Positions 8,766 through 18,121 of a stretch of 49,520 nucleotides of DNA are shown here, one piece after another. The notes under the pieces are model-generated. The model was not told the DNA's origin, did no database searches, and worked only from the letters and a program-made list of their open reading frames with translations. Every line of letters starts with the position of its first letter. Within the stretch, counting starts at the first letter, position 1. This DNA is from Candidatus Parvarchaeota archaeon (GTDB taxonomy: Archaea > Nanobdellota > Nanobdellia > Parvarchaeales > Parvarchaeaceae). Made by a program: the position numbers and the translations under genes. The stretch spans positions 1-49,520 of the forward strand of contig JAMCSQ010000044.1 of NCBI GenBank assembly GCA_023378805.1, written 5' to 3'.

Positions 8766-9971
8766 ATGAAGAATATCAGCAAAGAAGAAAGGACTTTCAA
8801 GTTCTTTCTAATATCTAGAGCATCTAGAAGTGTAGCCCTTATATTTGTCACCTTGTCTTTGCCATTGTACTTATTTACACTTCATTATAACATAATATCC
8901 ATCGGTGTCATATATTTTGTTATAATGGCATTCAATGCCATTTTGTCAGTTCTTCTTGGGGCATTAGGTGACCGAATAGGGTATAAGAAATCGCTTATAA
9001 TTGGAGAAGTTTTCCCCCTTATGGCTTTGATACTGCTTACTGTTTCAGCAAATTTCTTTGCAATAGTTATAGCTGCAATAATAGGAGGAATAGCAGGTGC
9101 TGCAGGCGGCATGCGTGGGACTTTTTCACCGGGATCTACGGCATTGATAGTAAGCAATTGGAAGAATAATAACGAAAGGGTTAAAAAGCTTGCTGATACA
9201 ACCTATATTGGTTCTACGTTTGCAATATTCGGCAGCCTGATGCTTTATTTTAAGGCTTTCTTCATTAATTCCGTTGGGATAATAGGCAGTTTTAGGGTAT
9301 TATTTGGATTTTCAGCTTTTATGGTTCTTATTTCCCTGGTTGCATTGCTGTTTGTTGCGGAGGTAAAAAGACCTAAGAAGACTACTAAGGTTATGAAAAT
9401 TAGAAGCATACATTACTCTATTAAGGTTATTCTTGCAAATTCATTCAATGGTTTTGGATTAGGGATGGCAGTTCCTCTCCTTCCTTTGTGGTTTGAACTG
9501 CGTTTTGGCGTAAACAGCAGTCTTATTGGTATAATATATACTATTTCATATGCAGCCACCGCAATTGCAGCATTTGCAGCATCGAAGAAAGCATATTCGC
9601 CCAGGTTTTCTACGCTTTTCACTGCTTCGTATACCAGGGCATTGCAGGGAGTAATGCTTATAATAATAGCATTTTCCCCGCTGTTTATTCTTTCATCTTT
9701 TTTCTTTACTCTACGTTCATTTATAGCAGGTTTTGGCTCACCTTCCAGGAGTGCAGTAAATATGCATGGTGTTAATTCCCAGGATTATGGTACTGCCTCC
9801 AGCGTGATGGGCCTGGCAAATAGACTGGCACAGACCAGTTCCGGTTTATCTGGTTACTTGATGGATATTTCTCTTCCTTTTCCAGTTCTGTTTGGAGGGA
9901 TTCTTCAAACCGTCGGAGGATTTATTTACTTCAAAGTATTATCCCAACACAAACATGAAAAGAAAAGCTAA
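8766..9971 (+). CDS. MFS transporter
   Basis: 401-aa, about 12 hydrophobic helices. Motif-A-like 'GALGDRIGYKKS' between TM2 and TM3. Confidence 0.8.
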   Translation: MKNISKEERTFKFFLISRASRSVALIFVTLSLPLYLFTLHYNIISIGVIYFVIMAFNAILSVLLGALGDRIGYKKSLIIGEVFPLMALILLTVSANFFAIVIAAIIGGIAGAAGGMRGTFSPGSTALIVSNWKNNNERVKKLADTTYIGSTFAIFGSLMLYFKAFFINSVGIIGSFRVLFGFSAFMVLISLVALLFVAEVKRPKKTTKVMKIRSIHYSIKVILANSFNGFGLGMAVPLLPLWFELRFGVNSSLIGIIYTISYAATAIAAFAASKKAYSPRFSTLFTASYTRALQGVMLIIIAFSPLFILSSFFFTLRSFIAGFGSPSRSAVNMHGVNSQDYGTASSVMGLANRLAQTSSGLSGYLMDISLPFPVLFGGILQTVGGFIYFKVLSQHKHEKKS

Positions 9972-9980
9972 GATAAACAT

Positions 9981-10856
9981 CTATAGCTCAAACTCTAAAT
10001 TAAATAAGTACATATCCTCTGATTTTTCTATCGGCCTTTGCTTAAATAGGCCTTTACCTGAAACCCTTATGTTTACATCTCTAAAGCCATCTACAGCTAC
10101 TACATATCCTTTACGAGTTATAGCATTATCTGTAGAGGAATTTCCACATGAGGACAAAATCTGTAGATCCAAATTAGTTATACCATATCTCTTTAATATG
10201 CCTGCATCAGCACATATCTCAACTGAAGTTTTTATGCCGTTGAAGTTTATTATTGGATTCTTGCTGTAAGATAAAGAATATTCTTCTTTTTTATATTCTT
10301 CATAATTTGTTTCAGAAGGATATAAGCGCAATGCTCCTCGTAAATTAAATCTTGAACTAAGTCCATCATTGAACTTGTAAATACTTTTAATTACCTTTCC
10401 GTTTCTTAATATAGGCATTACGTTGTAAAGTGTCATATTCTTATCATAAAACATTGCGGTTCCAGGAAAAATGAGCATATCCGAGCCTTTGCTTGCAATT
10501 TTAAGATCTTTTAACACTCTTTCATACTCTCTTTTTGAGTAGGGTATATCCGGAACTTCTTCAAATACTGATTCATCATCAATTTTTTCTTCAAGTATTT
10601 TTCTGGCATCTCTTGGAGCATATTCATTGTAATCCGAAACGTTAAACAGGAGTTTAATTGCATCCTTTGCCTTATTTTTTGTAATAAGTTTTCTAGAGTA
10701 TATGCCGGATTTAGAAGTAAGGCTCCATTCCGGCCCCACCAATATATCTATTCCGTTGTCCTTAGCATTGTAAATATTCGTTATTACCCCATAGGGGTTT
10801 CCGTTATTAGCCGTTTCAATGTTTTTCATTGCTCCAAGAAGCATCTCTATTTTCAT
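9981..10856 (-). CDS. Divergent carbon-nitrogen hydrolase (nitrilase superfamily)-like protein, paralog 1
   Basis: 291-aa. Glu-Lys-Cys triad context in canonical order: 'DILVGPEWSL' (E), 'LYNVMPILRNGKVIKSIYKFNDG' (K), 'KTSVEICADAGIL' (C). Clear paralog of 21999..22796. Confidence 0.45.
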   Translation of the reverse strand: MKIEMLLGAMKNIETANNGNPYGVITNIYNAKDNGIDILVGPEWSLTSKSGIYSRKLITKNKAKDAIKLLFNVSDYNEYAPRDARKILEEKIDDESVFEEVPDIPYSKREYERVLKDLKIASKGSDMLIFPGTAMFYDKNMTLYNVMPILRNGKVIKSIYKFNDGLSSRFNLRGALRLYPSETNYEEYKKEEYSLSYSKNPIINFNGIKTSVEICADAGILKRYGITNLDLQILSSCGNSSTDNAITRKGYVVAVDGFRDVNIRVSGKGLFKQRPIEKSEDMYLFNLEFEL

Positions 10857-10919
10857 TTTCTTTATTAGAAAATAAATATTATTAATAGTTTTGCTTCTCT
10901 ATAACCTAAAACTAATCAA

Positions 10920-11561
10920 TTAAGGAGGAGCTGCAAGGTGAGCAGGAATCGCTACAGCACCAATGTAAGCTGCAAGTATTGAGCCAAGGGTTAAGAAGAT
11001 TAAAAATAGTACTATATAAATTATCCAGCTTTTATTTAATGGTTTATTGCTACCATTCTCTCTATATTTATCCATTACTAATGTAGTAGGATAAGCAAAT
11101 ATTCCTGCGATGCCAAAAGCAGTGTAAAGCCCAAGAAGTGCTATTGGAGAGCTGGTATATCCAAGATTATAACCTGATATGCCGTATTCTATAATTACTA
11201 AACCCATAAATAGTGCAATAAGTCCTACATACTGCAGTTTCTGATTGTATTTGACCGTTAATACAAATCCAAGAGTAAGTATACCCATCATTATAAACGG
11301 ATCATAAAACAGTAAATCATATGCACCAGGTAAATTCCAGGTTACTTCTCCATAAAAGCCCATTACGAGAATGAATACTGCCAGTGCTGCAAACATGAAT
11401 ATTGAACCTTGCAAATGGGATTCTATACTTAATTTTGAGTTTGATTTATTGACGTATCTTGCTTTATAGTCCCTGTAAACAGCAATCACAGCATAATCTG
11501 TGAGAAATCCAATAAATGCAACAAAAAATAATTCTAGTGCCAATTCGTCTACGAATCCCAT
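10920..11561 (-). CDS. Polytopic membrane protein (about 6 TM), unknown function
   Basis: 213-aa, almost entirely hydrophobic helices. It lies 57 nt downstream of the cytochrome b gene on the same strand. Confidence 0.6.
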   Translation of the reverse strand: MGFVDELALELFFVAFIGFLTDYAVIAVYRDYKARYVNKSNSKLSIESHLQGSIFMFAALAVFILVMGFYGEVTWNLPGAYDLLFYDPFIMMGILTLGFVLTVKYNQKLQYVGLIALFMGLVIIEYGISGYNLGYTSSPIALLGLYTAFGIAGIFAYPTTLVMDKYRENGSNKPLNKSWIIYIVLFLIFLTLGSILAAYIGAVAIPAHLAAPP

Positions 11562-11618
11562 GAATAATATAGTATTTCTTCATTTATAAATCCTTGCTAT
11601 ATATCTGGTTATAACTTC

Positions 11619-13052
11619 CTACTTTTTCTTCCGCATTTCCGGGTTTGTGTATTTATTCCAAAACAGTTTGTACATTTTTAACTTGTCAGGCAATTCATTC
11701 AGATATGGAATAAACGGAAACAGCATTAGTATAAAAAATATTATTATGGCTACTAAACCATTTTCAAGGTCATTCCACCAAGAGATATTAGAGGTTGCTA
11801 TTTCCAGAGCATCGTAAGGTATAAGCCAATACTCTATGGACCAAGGGGGCGCACCAACTTTCAACATGCCCCATTGTGCAGTCCTTAAGCCATAATGCGT
11901 TGCCGCAGTTGTCAATGCCCCGGTGTCATACAGAAATCTTAATACATACGTTTCATCCAGTCCACTAGAACTTTCATTTTGTACTACTAATTGATATTGC
12001 CCTAATTCTGCCATTTTAGTTAGGCTAGCAGTTGCAACTATTAGAGGATTTTGTGAAGTCATTGCATTTGAAATTGAGCCGTTATTACTGAAGTAATTAT
12101 AAGCCTGGATAAACTGTTGCTTTTGCTGCGAAGAACTTCCATTGAAAAACACGGAAAGTTCATTGCTCTTGTTTTCAAAGCTTACATAAGCAGAGTAAGG
12201 AACTGTAAAGTAAACCGCCCTAGTGCTGAATGTGTACGGATCTATAGTATCAAGGTAGGTAGCGGTCCCTGATGAAAAGTTGAATTCCTGCAATAGAGTA
12301 GTTGCAACGCCGGAAGGATTAGAGTTTGCTGCCTGACTAATTGTCAACGGCGCTATATACGGTGAACTGAATAAAAATGCAAATGCTAATATTATTATAA
12401 ATATATATATCATTCGTCTGTACATTTTTTTATGGTCTGCTTTTACCATTTTATATGGTATATCTTTTCTATAAGGTACACTTAATCCGTCTTTTTTCAC
12501 TAGAGAATAATGCATAAAGATAAGCAAGAGTAATAATATTGGAATTATAGCCACGTGCCAGCCTAAAACAGCTCCCTGATTTAAAGGATTTACCCAAAAC
12601 CCTAATCCAAAACCGTTCCATAGATCCGCACCTGCCTTGTCATTCCATTGTGAAAGCAGTCCTCCCTGGACCCCTATACCGAATGCAAATTCAAGTAGAA
12701 CTAAAAGAAGAAGCGCACTACCAATCATCCAAACAAGCTTTTTCTTTTTAAATGCGGAAGTTGAAAAATTAACAAAAATATGTATAAACATCAATGTTAC
12801 GAATGCTTCTGCTGCCCATAGATGCAAACTGCGGAAGAAAGTACCAATTGCAGTAGTATCCCACCAGTAAGGACCAAAAATCAGCATTATCATGCCGGTA
12901 ATTGCTAATATCACAAATAGCTCTAAAAGGTATATGCCTATCGTGAAAAAGAAACTATTGCCGTAAGAAGGTACATATTTTATGTATTGATCATGCATTA
13001 AATCGATTAAAGGACTAAAAAATGAGTCATTATGTTTTTTACCCTTATCCAT
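11619..13052 (-). CDS. Di-haem cytochrome b (b6-like N-terminal domain) with large extracytoplasmic C-terminal domain
   Basis: Helix-B-like 'RSLHLWAAEAFVTLMFIHIF' (H-x13-H) and helix-D-like 'GWHVAIIPILLLLLIFMHYS' (H-x14-H), the b6-type spacing. Then one TM, a ~190-aa polar sequon-bearing domain and a final TM ('LVAIIIFFILMLFPFIPYL'). Confidence 0.7.
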   Translation of the reverse strand: MDKGKKHNDSFFSPLIDLMHDQYIKYVPSYGNSFFFTIGIYLLELFVILAITGMIMLIFGPYWWDTTAIGTFFRSLHLWAAEAFVTLMFIHIFVNFSTSAFKKKKLVWMIGSALLLLVLLEFAFGIGVQGGLLSQWNDKAGADLWNGFGLGFWVNPLNQGAVLGWHVAIIPILLLLLIFMHYSLVKKDGLSVPYRKDIPYKMVKADHKKMYRRMIYIFIIILAFAFLFSSPYIAPLTISQAANSNPSGVATTLLQEFNFSSGTATYLDTIDPYTFSTRAVYFTVPYSAYVSFENKSNELSVFFNGSSSQQKQQFIQAYNYFSNNGSISNAMTSQNPLIVATASLTKMAELGQYQLVVQNESSSGLDETYVLRFLYDTGALTTAATHYGLRTAQWGMLKVGAPPWSIEYWLIPYDALEIATSNISWWNDLENGLVAIIIFFILMLFPFIPYLNELPDKLKMYKLFWNKYTNPEMRKKK

Positions 13053-13133
13053 ACCTATTAAATAATCAATTATTCGCTATAAATAGTTTAGCAGTAAAAC
13101 AATAGCTTGGCTGCTTTATTCTAGAAAGGCGTT

Positions 13134-13511
13134 TTATATTTTTATATAATTACTAACTTCTTGGTTATTACCATTTGGCCCGTTCTCGCATTCTCTACAT
13201 TCCTTAATGTTTTCAGAGCTATTGCAGTTGACAGTTTTAAACGATTCAAATGCAGAAATAAGCGATTTGCCCGTTTCTGTCATGCGGTATTCACTTCTTT
13301 TCATGTTATTATTATAGGATATTATTTTTTTTATGATTCCTCTTTTTATTAGATCATTCAACGCTGTACTAAGTGTTTTTGGGTATATTTTTGGGTTTAA
13401 TGAAAGAAGTTTATCAAAGTTTACACCGTCATTTTTGTTTATTTCCTCTAATACTGTCGCATCCCACTTCTTTCCAAGCACATTTAAAAGATCCAAAGTA
13501 TTGCATGCCAT
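13134..13511 (-). CDS. HxlR-type winged-helix transcriptional regulator with Cys-rich tail
   Basis: 'CNTLDLLNVLGKKWDATVLEEI' and 'PKTLSTALNDLIKRGIIKK' match the HxlR/DUF24 pattern. C-terminal 'NCNSSENIKECRECENG'. Confidence 0.7.
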   Translation of the reverse strand: MACNTLDLLNVLGKKWDATVLEEINKNDGVNFDKLLSLNPKIYPKTLSTALNDLIKRGIIKKIISYNNNMKRSEYRMTETGKSLISAFESFKTVNCNSSENIKECRECENGPNGNNQEVSNYIKI

Positions 13512-13542
13512 ATAAATTATTGATTTCCGTGTTTTAATGCAT

Positions 13543-14436
13543 TTAGTTTATCTTCTCTTCCTTGAAATTATAGTTGTTTACCTTATCCTCATTCTTTTTA
13601 TGCTGCTTTGCTATAGGTTCAGTATAGTACTTGCTTTCCAGACTTGAAAGAAAATCGATATCACCCTTATCAAGTTTTATTCCTACTGCTTCAATGTCCT
13701 CCTTCATGTGCGCTGGATTGCTGGCTTTTGGTATCGGAAACGTGTTATCTCTATGCACAAGCCAGCTTAAAGCAACCTGTGCAGGCGTTTTACCATATTT
13801 ATCTGATATTTTACTAATATCAGCAAGTAATTCATTGTTATTGAATATCTTCCCATGAGAAAGAGGGCTGTACGCTATCACTGCAATGCCATTTTCTTTA
13901 CAGTAATCGAATACTCCAGTATTTTCTATGTCTCTTGTTACTATGCTGTACTCTACTTGATTGGATGCCATTTCATATTTTGACATAACTGACTGAGCTT
14001 CTTTCATTTCATCAAGCGAAAAATTGCTTATTCCTATATTCTTTATCTTTCCATCCTCTATCAGTTTTTCCATAGCCTGCATCGTTTCTTTTATTGGAAC
14101 TGATTTATTAGGCCAGTGTAACTGATATAGATCCAGATAGTCTGTTCCTATTTTCTTTAAGCTCGCTTCGCATGCCTTTATTACAGCTTCGTATTTGAAA
14201 TGTGTTGGCCATACCTTGCTTGCAATAAAAAGTTTTTCTCTTTCGTAGCCTTCTATTGCCTCTCCGACGATATCCTCAGTATTGTACATTTCTGCGGTAT
14301 CTATGAAATTTACTCCATTGTCTATTGCATATTTTATTGCCGTTATATTGTCTTCCCTGTTACTGCTAAGCTGCCAAGTACCAACTCCTATAATAGAAAG
14401 CTTTTTGTTTGTTTTGTTAAATTCTTTAGCTTCCAT
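13543..14436 (-). CDS. Aldo/keto reductase
   Basis: 'GVNFIDTAEMYNTEDIVGEAI', 'LDLYQLHWP', 'IKNIGISNF', 'NQVEYS'. Confidence 0.9.
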   Translation of the reverse strand: MEAKEFNKTNKKLSIIGVGTWQLSSNREDNITAIKYAIDNGVNFIDTAEMYNTEDIVGEAIEGYEREKLFIASKVWPTHFKYEAVIKACEASLKKIGTDYLDLYQLHWPNKSVPIKETMQAMEKLIEDGKIKNIGISNFSLDEMKEAQSVMSKYEMASNQVEYSIVTRDIENTGVFDYCKENGIAVIAYSPLSHGKIFNNNELLADISKISDKYGKTPAQVALSWLVHRDNTFPIPKASNPAHMKEDIEAVGIKLDKGDIDFLSSLESKYYTEPIAKQHKKNEDKVNNYNFKEEKIN

Positions 14437-14456
14437 GTCAATTTAAATTGTTTATT

Positions 14457-14705
14457 CTATTTATGGTTTTTCGGTTTAAGCTTTAAGTGCATATCCTTTG
14501 AGATCCTTATTGTAGGAACTAAAAGTATCTGAAAACTACCTAAAATAAAAAGGTAAACCCCTATTGTGGTCAAGTGACCTGGCAGGAATTCTATGCTGCC
14601 CATTAGAAATTCAATACCTATCATAAAATCGTTTATTAAGCCTAGAACTTTGTAATTTCTCTCTATATCCCTTGTTATTCTGTCTTTATCTTTCTTTAAA
14701 GCCAT
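14457..14705 (-). CDS. Small two-TM membrane protein (YrhK-like)
   Basis: 82 aa from the ATG at 14705 (the ORF-track start at 14708 is TTG). 'INDFMIGIEFLMGSIEFL...GVYLFILGSFQILLVPTIR' resembles the YrhK repeat. Its start overlaps the upstream stop (TGATG). Confidence 0.4.
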   Translation of the reverse strand: MALKKDKDRITRDIERNYKVLGLINDFMIGIEFLMGSIEFLPGHLTTIGVYLFILGSFQILLVPTIRISKDMHLKLKPKNHK

Positions 14706-15289
14706 CAAAGTGCCTTTACTATATCATCAGTTGGTAAAACATCAAAAAGCTTTTTCATGTTTTGTATGGATCTTTCATTAGCTTCTTTGTCACTGGAAGA
14801 AGAGGCATCAGAATCTACAACTACATAAAATCCCCGATTTACTGCATCTCTAGCAGTAGATTCCACACCTATTTCAGTGGCTATACCTCCTATTACTAAA
14901 CTTTCAATCCCTGCATTTCTGCACATCAGCTCAAAATTTGTGCCTATAAATATGCTTGCAGTGTTTTTGTTTATTACTGTGTCATTGTCTTTAGGTTCAA
15001 TTGCTAGATCAAACATTTCTTTAGGTAATTGCGACATGTTAAACTTTATCTTACTTGAAGAATATTTTCTAACAGGAGATTCAAATTCCTTTGGCAATGG
15101 GGTAATCCTTGTAAAGAATATTGGAATTCCTTTGATTCTCGCCGCATCTATCAGCTTACCCATATTCTTAAGAAATTCTTCCTTATTGTATATATTATTT
15201 ACTAACATTTTCTGTACATCCCACACTATTAATGCGGTATGCTCCGGATTTAGTATTTCCTTAATTTCAGTATAAACTTTTCTTTCCAT
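14705..15289 (-). CDS. Isochorismatase-family hydrolase (Asp-Lys-Gly variant)
   Basis: 'TALIVWDVQ' (Asp), 'VINKNTASIFIGTNF' (Lys), 'LVIGGIATEIGVESTARDA', where the usual nucleophilic Cys position (T-x-x-C-V) is Gly. Confidence 0.8.
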   Translation of the reverse strand: MERKVYTEIKEILNPEHTALIVWDVQKMLVNNIYNKEEFLKNMGKLIDAARIKGIPIFFTRITPLPKEFESPVRKYSSSKIKFNMSQLPKEMFDLAIEPKDNDTVINKNTASIFIGTNFELMCRNAGIESLVIGGIATEIGVESTARDAVNRGFYVVVDSDASSSSDKEANERSIQNMKKLFDVLPTDDIVKAL

Positions 15290-15400
15290 TTTTTAAAATG
15301 GCAGTTTATTTATATAAACTTTTCCACAAAAAAAGAATATAAATCCACTATTCAAACCCCCGCAATTAATATTTTTATAATAAGATTTACAATTATTAGA

Positions 15401-18121
15401 ATGGACCTAACTAAAAACATACTCATAAAAGCAAATCCTGGCACAGGAAAGACAACTTCATTAGCTGATAGAGTAATAGAACTTATAAAAGACGGTGTTA
15501 GTGAAAATGAAATATTATGTCTAACTTTTACAAATAAGGCAGTTGATGAAATGTTTGAAAAAATAAGTCAAAAACTAAAGGAAAGCAATCTAGAGATTTC
15601 AAGGATAAATGGCATTACAATATCTACATTTCACAGCTTCTGCAATTCATACTTTTCAGAGCAGGAAAAAGAGTACGAACTTGTTAGCAACAACTTCATA
15701 AGATTTTCAATATTTAAGAGCTTTGAAAACAACAATGCATTCAATTATGACAGAGATTATGTTATACAGGAATTAGTTCCAAAAGTAGAGAATGCGATAA
15801 GGTACATAAAAAGCTTTGGGATAACTCCTGATGAAATAAACATAAAAATGACCAAAGAAGAGCTCATAAACAAGTCTTTTTTAGAAAACATGAACAGTGT
15901 AACAGTAGAAGAAATTCTGGCTTTTCTTGATTATTTCATAACGGCTTTCAAGGACTATGAACGAGAAAAAGGACCTACAAAAATCGATTACAATGATCTT
16001 TTGAAAAGGTTCTTGCAAGAATATGACCCTCTGAAAAAACATTACAAATATGTTTTGGTAGATGAATTACAGGATCTAAACGAGGTAGAAGCAGAAATAG
16101 CAAGGCTTTTAGGGGATTACTTATTTCTTGTAGGAGACAGAAAACAATCAATATTCGGTTTTCAGGGAGGTAGCTTAAAAAATTTCATTGAATTTCAAAA
16201 ACTAAGCAATTTAGAGCAATTAACAAAAGGACTTAATTATAGAAGTTACAGCGAAATCCTTGATTATTCAAAGCGGTATTTCCTCAATAAAACAAAGGAT
16301 AAAAGTTATGAGGAAGAATTAAGCAACTTTAAAAGCAATAAAGGTCCGGGCGGAAAAGTAAAACAGCTTATAGGAAACAACACAGATAATATAGCTGTAA
16401 AGCTTGCTATGGACCTTGTCTCGCAGGGAAAAAATACAGCGATAATAACCAGAACTAATGAACAGATAATAGGTATTTCTCGTATCTTGGACTCAAAGAA
16501 TATAAAATATGCGACAACTGCAAGCGCTTCTGTCTCAACAAGAGCAAAGAACTCCGTAATTAATTATTTAAAAGGGATATTCAATGCCGATGAAAAGGAC
16601 ATTTTAAAGGCGCTATTCACACCGTTTTCAGGCGTTTCACTTAAGAGAGCATTTGAAATTGAGGAGAAACGCAGGAAAAAAGAGATAAACATGAACGATA
16701 TAAAAGGACTTGCAAAGCCCTTTTTTGATAGAAAAGCCTCTGCAGAGCTTAATATATTTAATATAAACAAACTTTTCAATGAGACCATACTGCCGATATC
16801 AGTAGCCTTGGACAACGATTATTATATAAGTGCGGCAGCAATTCTTGAAAATATAAATCAGTACATAGACAGCACTGAGCTACCTAACTTTTTAGATATG
16901 CTTGTATATCTTTACACGGCAGAAGACAGTTATGAATCAAATGATAAACAGGAAAATCTTGTACTTACAACCGTCCATAAGGCAAAGGGATTAGAATTTG
17001 AGAATGTTATATATGTTCCAAAAAAACAAAGCAATAGAATGAGTTTCATTGATTTAGTAACTAACTCTATAATCAAACAGACAAAGGAAATAGATGTCAA
17101 AGAGGAATTGTCAGAGGAAAGCATAAGAGTAGATTTTGTCGCATTTACACGAGCAAAGGAAAACCTTTTTGTTGTTACTCCGGCCGCACTTACCGAAGAT
17201 TACTATATTGAAGGGTTAATTGAAAAAAACATCACAGAAATGGAAGACGAGCCCGCTCCTTTTAAGAAAAAATACTCTGAAGCATATTCTCTTTTTGTCA
17301 ATAAGGAATATAATGCGGCAAAGACATTACTTGAAGAGAATGATAAATGGATGGTAAAGCGGATAAACAACTATTTTAGCCAGCTTAAAAGCATCTCCTT
17401 TTCACTACTTGACGCAATATCGGATCCATTAAACTTTATAAAAACAAAAGTTTTGGGAGTAAGCGAAGTAACAGAAAGCACAAAATTTGGTTTAATGGCA
17501 CATAAGATGGCAGAGGACTACTTTAAACATACCTTAAAAGAAGAGGAATTAGACGAAACACAGAAAAAAATTCTCCGGAACATAATAAGTATTCTGGAAG
17601 AAATAAAAATAAAATACAATGCCGTGGAGATAAACGCTGAAAAAACGTTGGAAATTCCACTTCAAGCGGTATTTCCCGACATAAAAATTGATTTAAAGGT
17701 ATCTGCAAAGCTGGATGCAGTATTCTTTAACAAAGAAAAAGACAAATTTCTGATAATAGACTTCAAGACCGACAGGTCCGATGATAAGGGATCAAAACAC
17801 AGAAGACAGCTTGCCCTTTACCGTAGACTTTTCGCAATAGCAAAAAATATAGACGAAAAATATATAGACACGGCAATAGCATACATAAACTTAACGGGAA
17901 AGATAAACACCGGAAAGTTTGAATATAAATTAGATACGCAGAAAATAAAGGACATGCAAATAGAGACGGTCAAGAATCATATCCTACAGCTTTTGGTATA
18001 CAAAGAAAATCCGGAGAGGTTAATTGAAAAAGCAACTGAAAAGTACTATTATTCTGACAGCTTAAATGATGAAATATTTAAGAAATTAAGGGAAGAACAC
18101 GAACATTCTAAAGCAGTATGA
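15401..18121 (+). CDS. UvrD/PcrA-type SF1 helicase fused to a C-terminal PD-(D/E)XK (RecB-like) nuclease
   Basis: Helicase motifs: I 'ANPGTGKTT', Ia 'LTFTNKAVDEM', II 'VLVDELQDLN', III 'VGDRKQSIFGFQGG', V/VI 'LTTVHKAKGLEFENV' and 'VAFTRAKENLFV'. Nuclease: 'KLDAVFF...LIIDFKTD' (D787-F-K789 at nt 17759-17767) and 'RRQLALYRRLF' (QxxxY). No Cys cluster. Confidence 0.85.
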   Translation: MDLTKNILIKANPGTGKTTSLADRVIELIKDGVSENEILCLTFTNKAVDEMFEKISQKLKESNLEISRINGITISTFHSFCNSYFSEQEKEYELVSNNFIRFSIFKSFENNNAFNYDRDYVIQELVPKVENAIRYIKSFGITPDEINIKMTKEELINKSFLENMNSVTVEEILAFLDYFITAFKDYEREKGPTKIDYNDLLKRFLQEYDPLKKHYKYVLVDELQDLNEVEAEIARLLGDYLFLVGDRKQSIFGFQGGSLKNFIEFQKLSNLEQLTKGLNYRSYSEILDYSKRYFLNKTKDKSYEEELSNFKSNKGPGGKVKQLIGNNTDNIAVKLAMDLVSQGKNTAIITRTNEQIIGISRILDSKNIKYATTASASVSTRAKNSVINYLKGIFNADEKDILKALFTPFSGVSLKRAFEIEEKRRKKEINMNDIKGLAKPFFDRKASAELNIFNINKLFNETILPISVALDNDYYISAAAILENINQYIDSTELPNFLDMLVYLYTAEDSYESNDKQENLVLTTVHKAKGLEFENVIYVPKKQSNRMSFIDLVTNSIIKQTKEIDVKEELSEESIRVDFVAFTRAKENLFVVTPAALTEDYYIEGLIEKNITEMEDEPAPFKKKYSEAYSLFVNKEYNAAKTLLEENDKWMVKRINNYFSQLKSISFSLLDAISDPLNFIKTKVLGVSEVTESTKFGLMAHKMAEDYFKHTLKEEELDETQKKILRNIISILEEIKIKYNAVEINAEKTLEIPLQAVFPDIKIDLKVSAKLDAVFFNKEKDKFLIIDFKTDRSDDKGSKHRRQLALYRRLFAIAKNIDEKYIDTAIAYINLTGKINTGKFEYKLDTQKIKDMQIETVKNHILQLLVYKENPERLIEKATEKYYYSDSLNDEIFKKLREEHEHSKAV

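Noticed and set aside
15401-18121. Calling the helicase-nuclease a bona fide anti-phage defence system
   Set aside because: The neighbours are transporters and metabolic genes. No methyltransferase, toxin or other defence partner is present. The motifs are equally compatible with an AddA-like repair enzyme. It is kept only as a moderate-interest observation.
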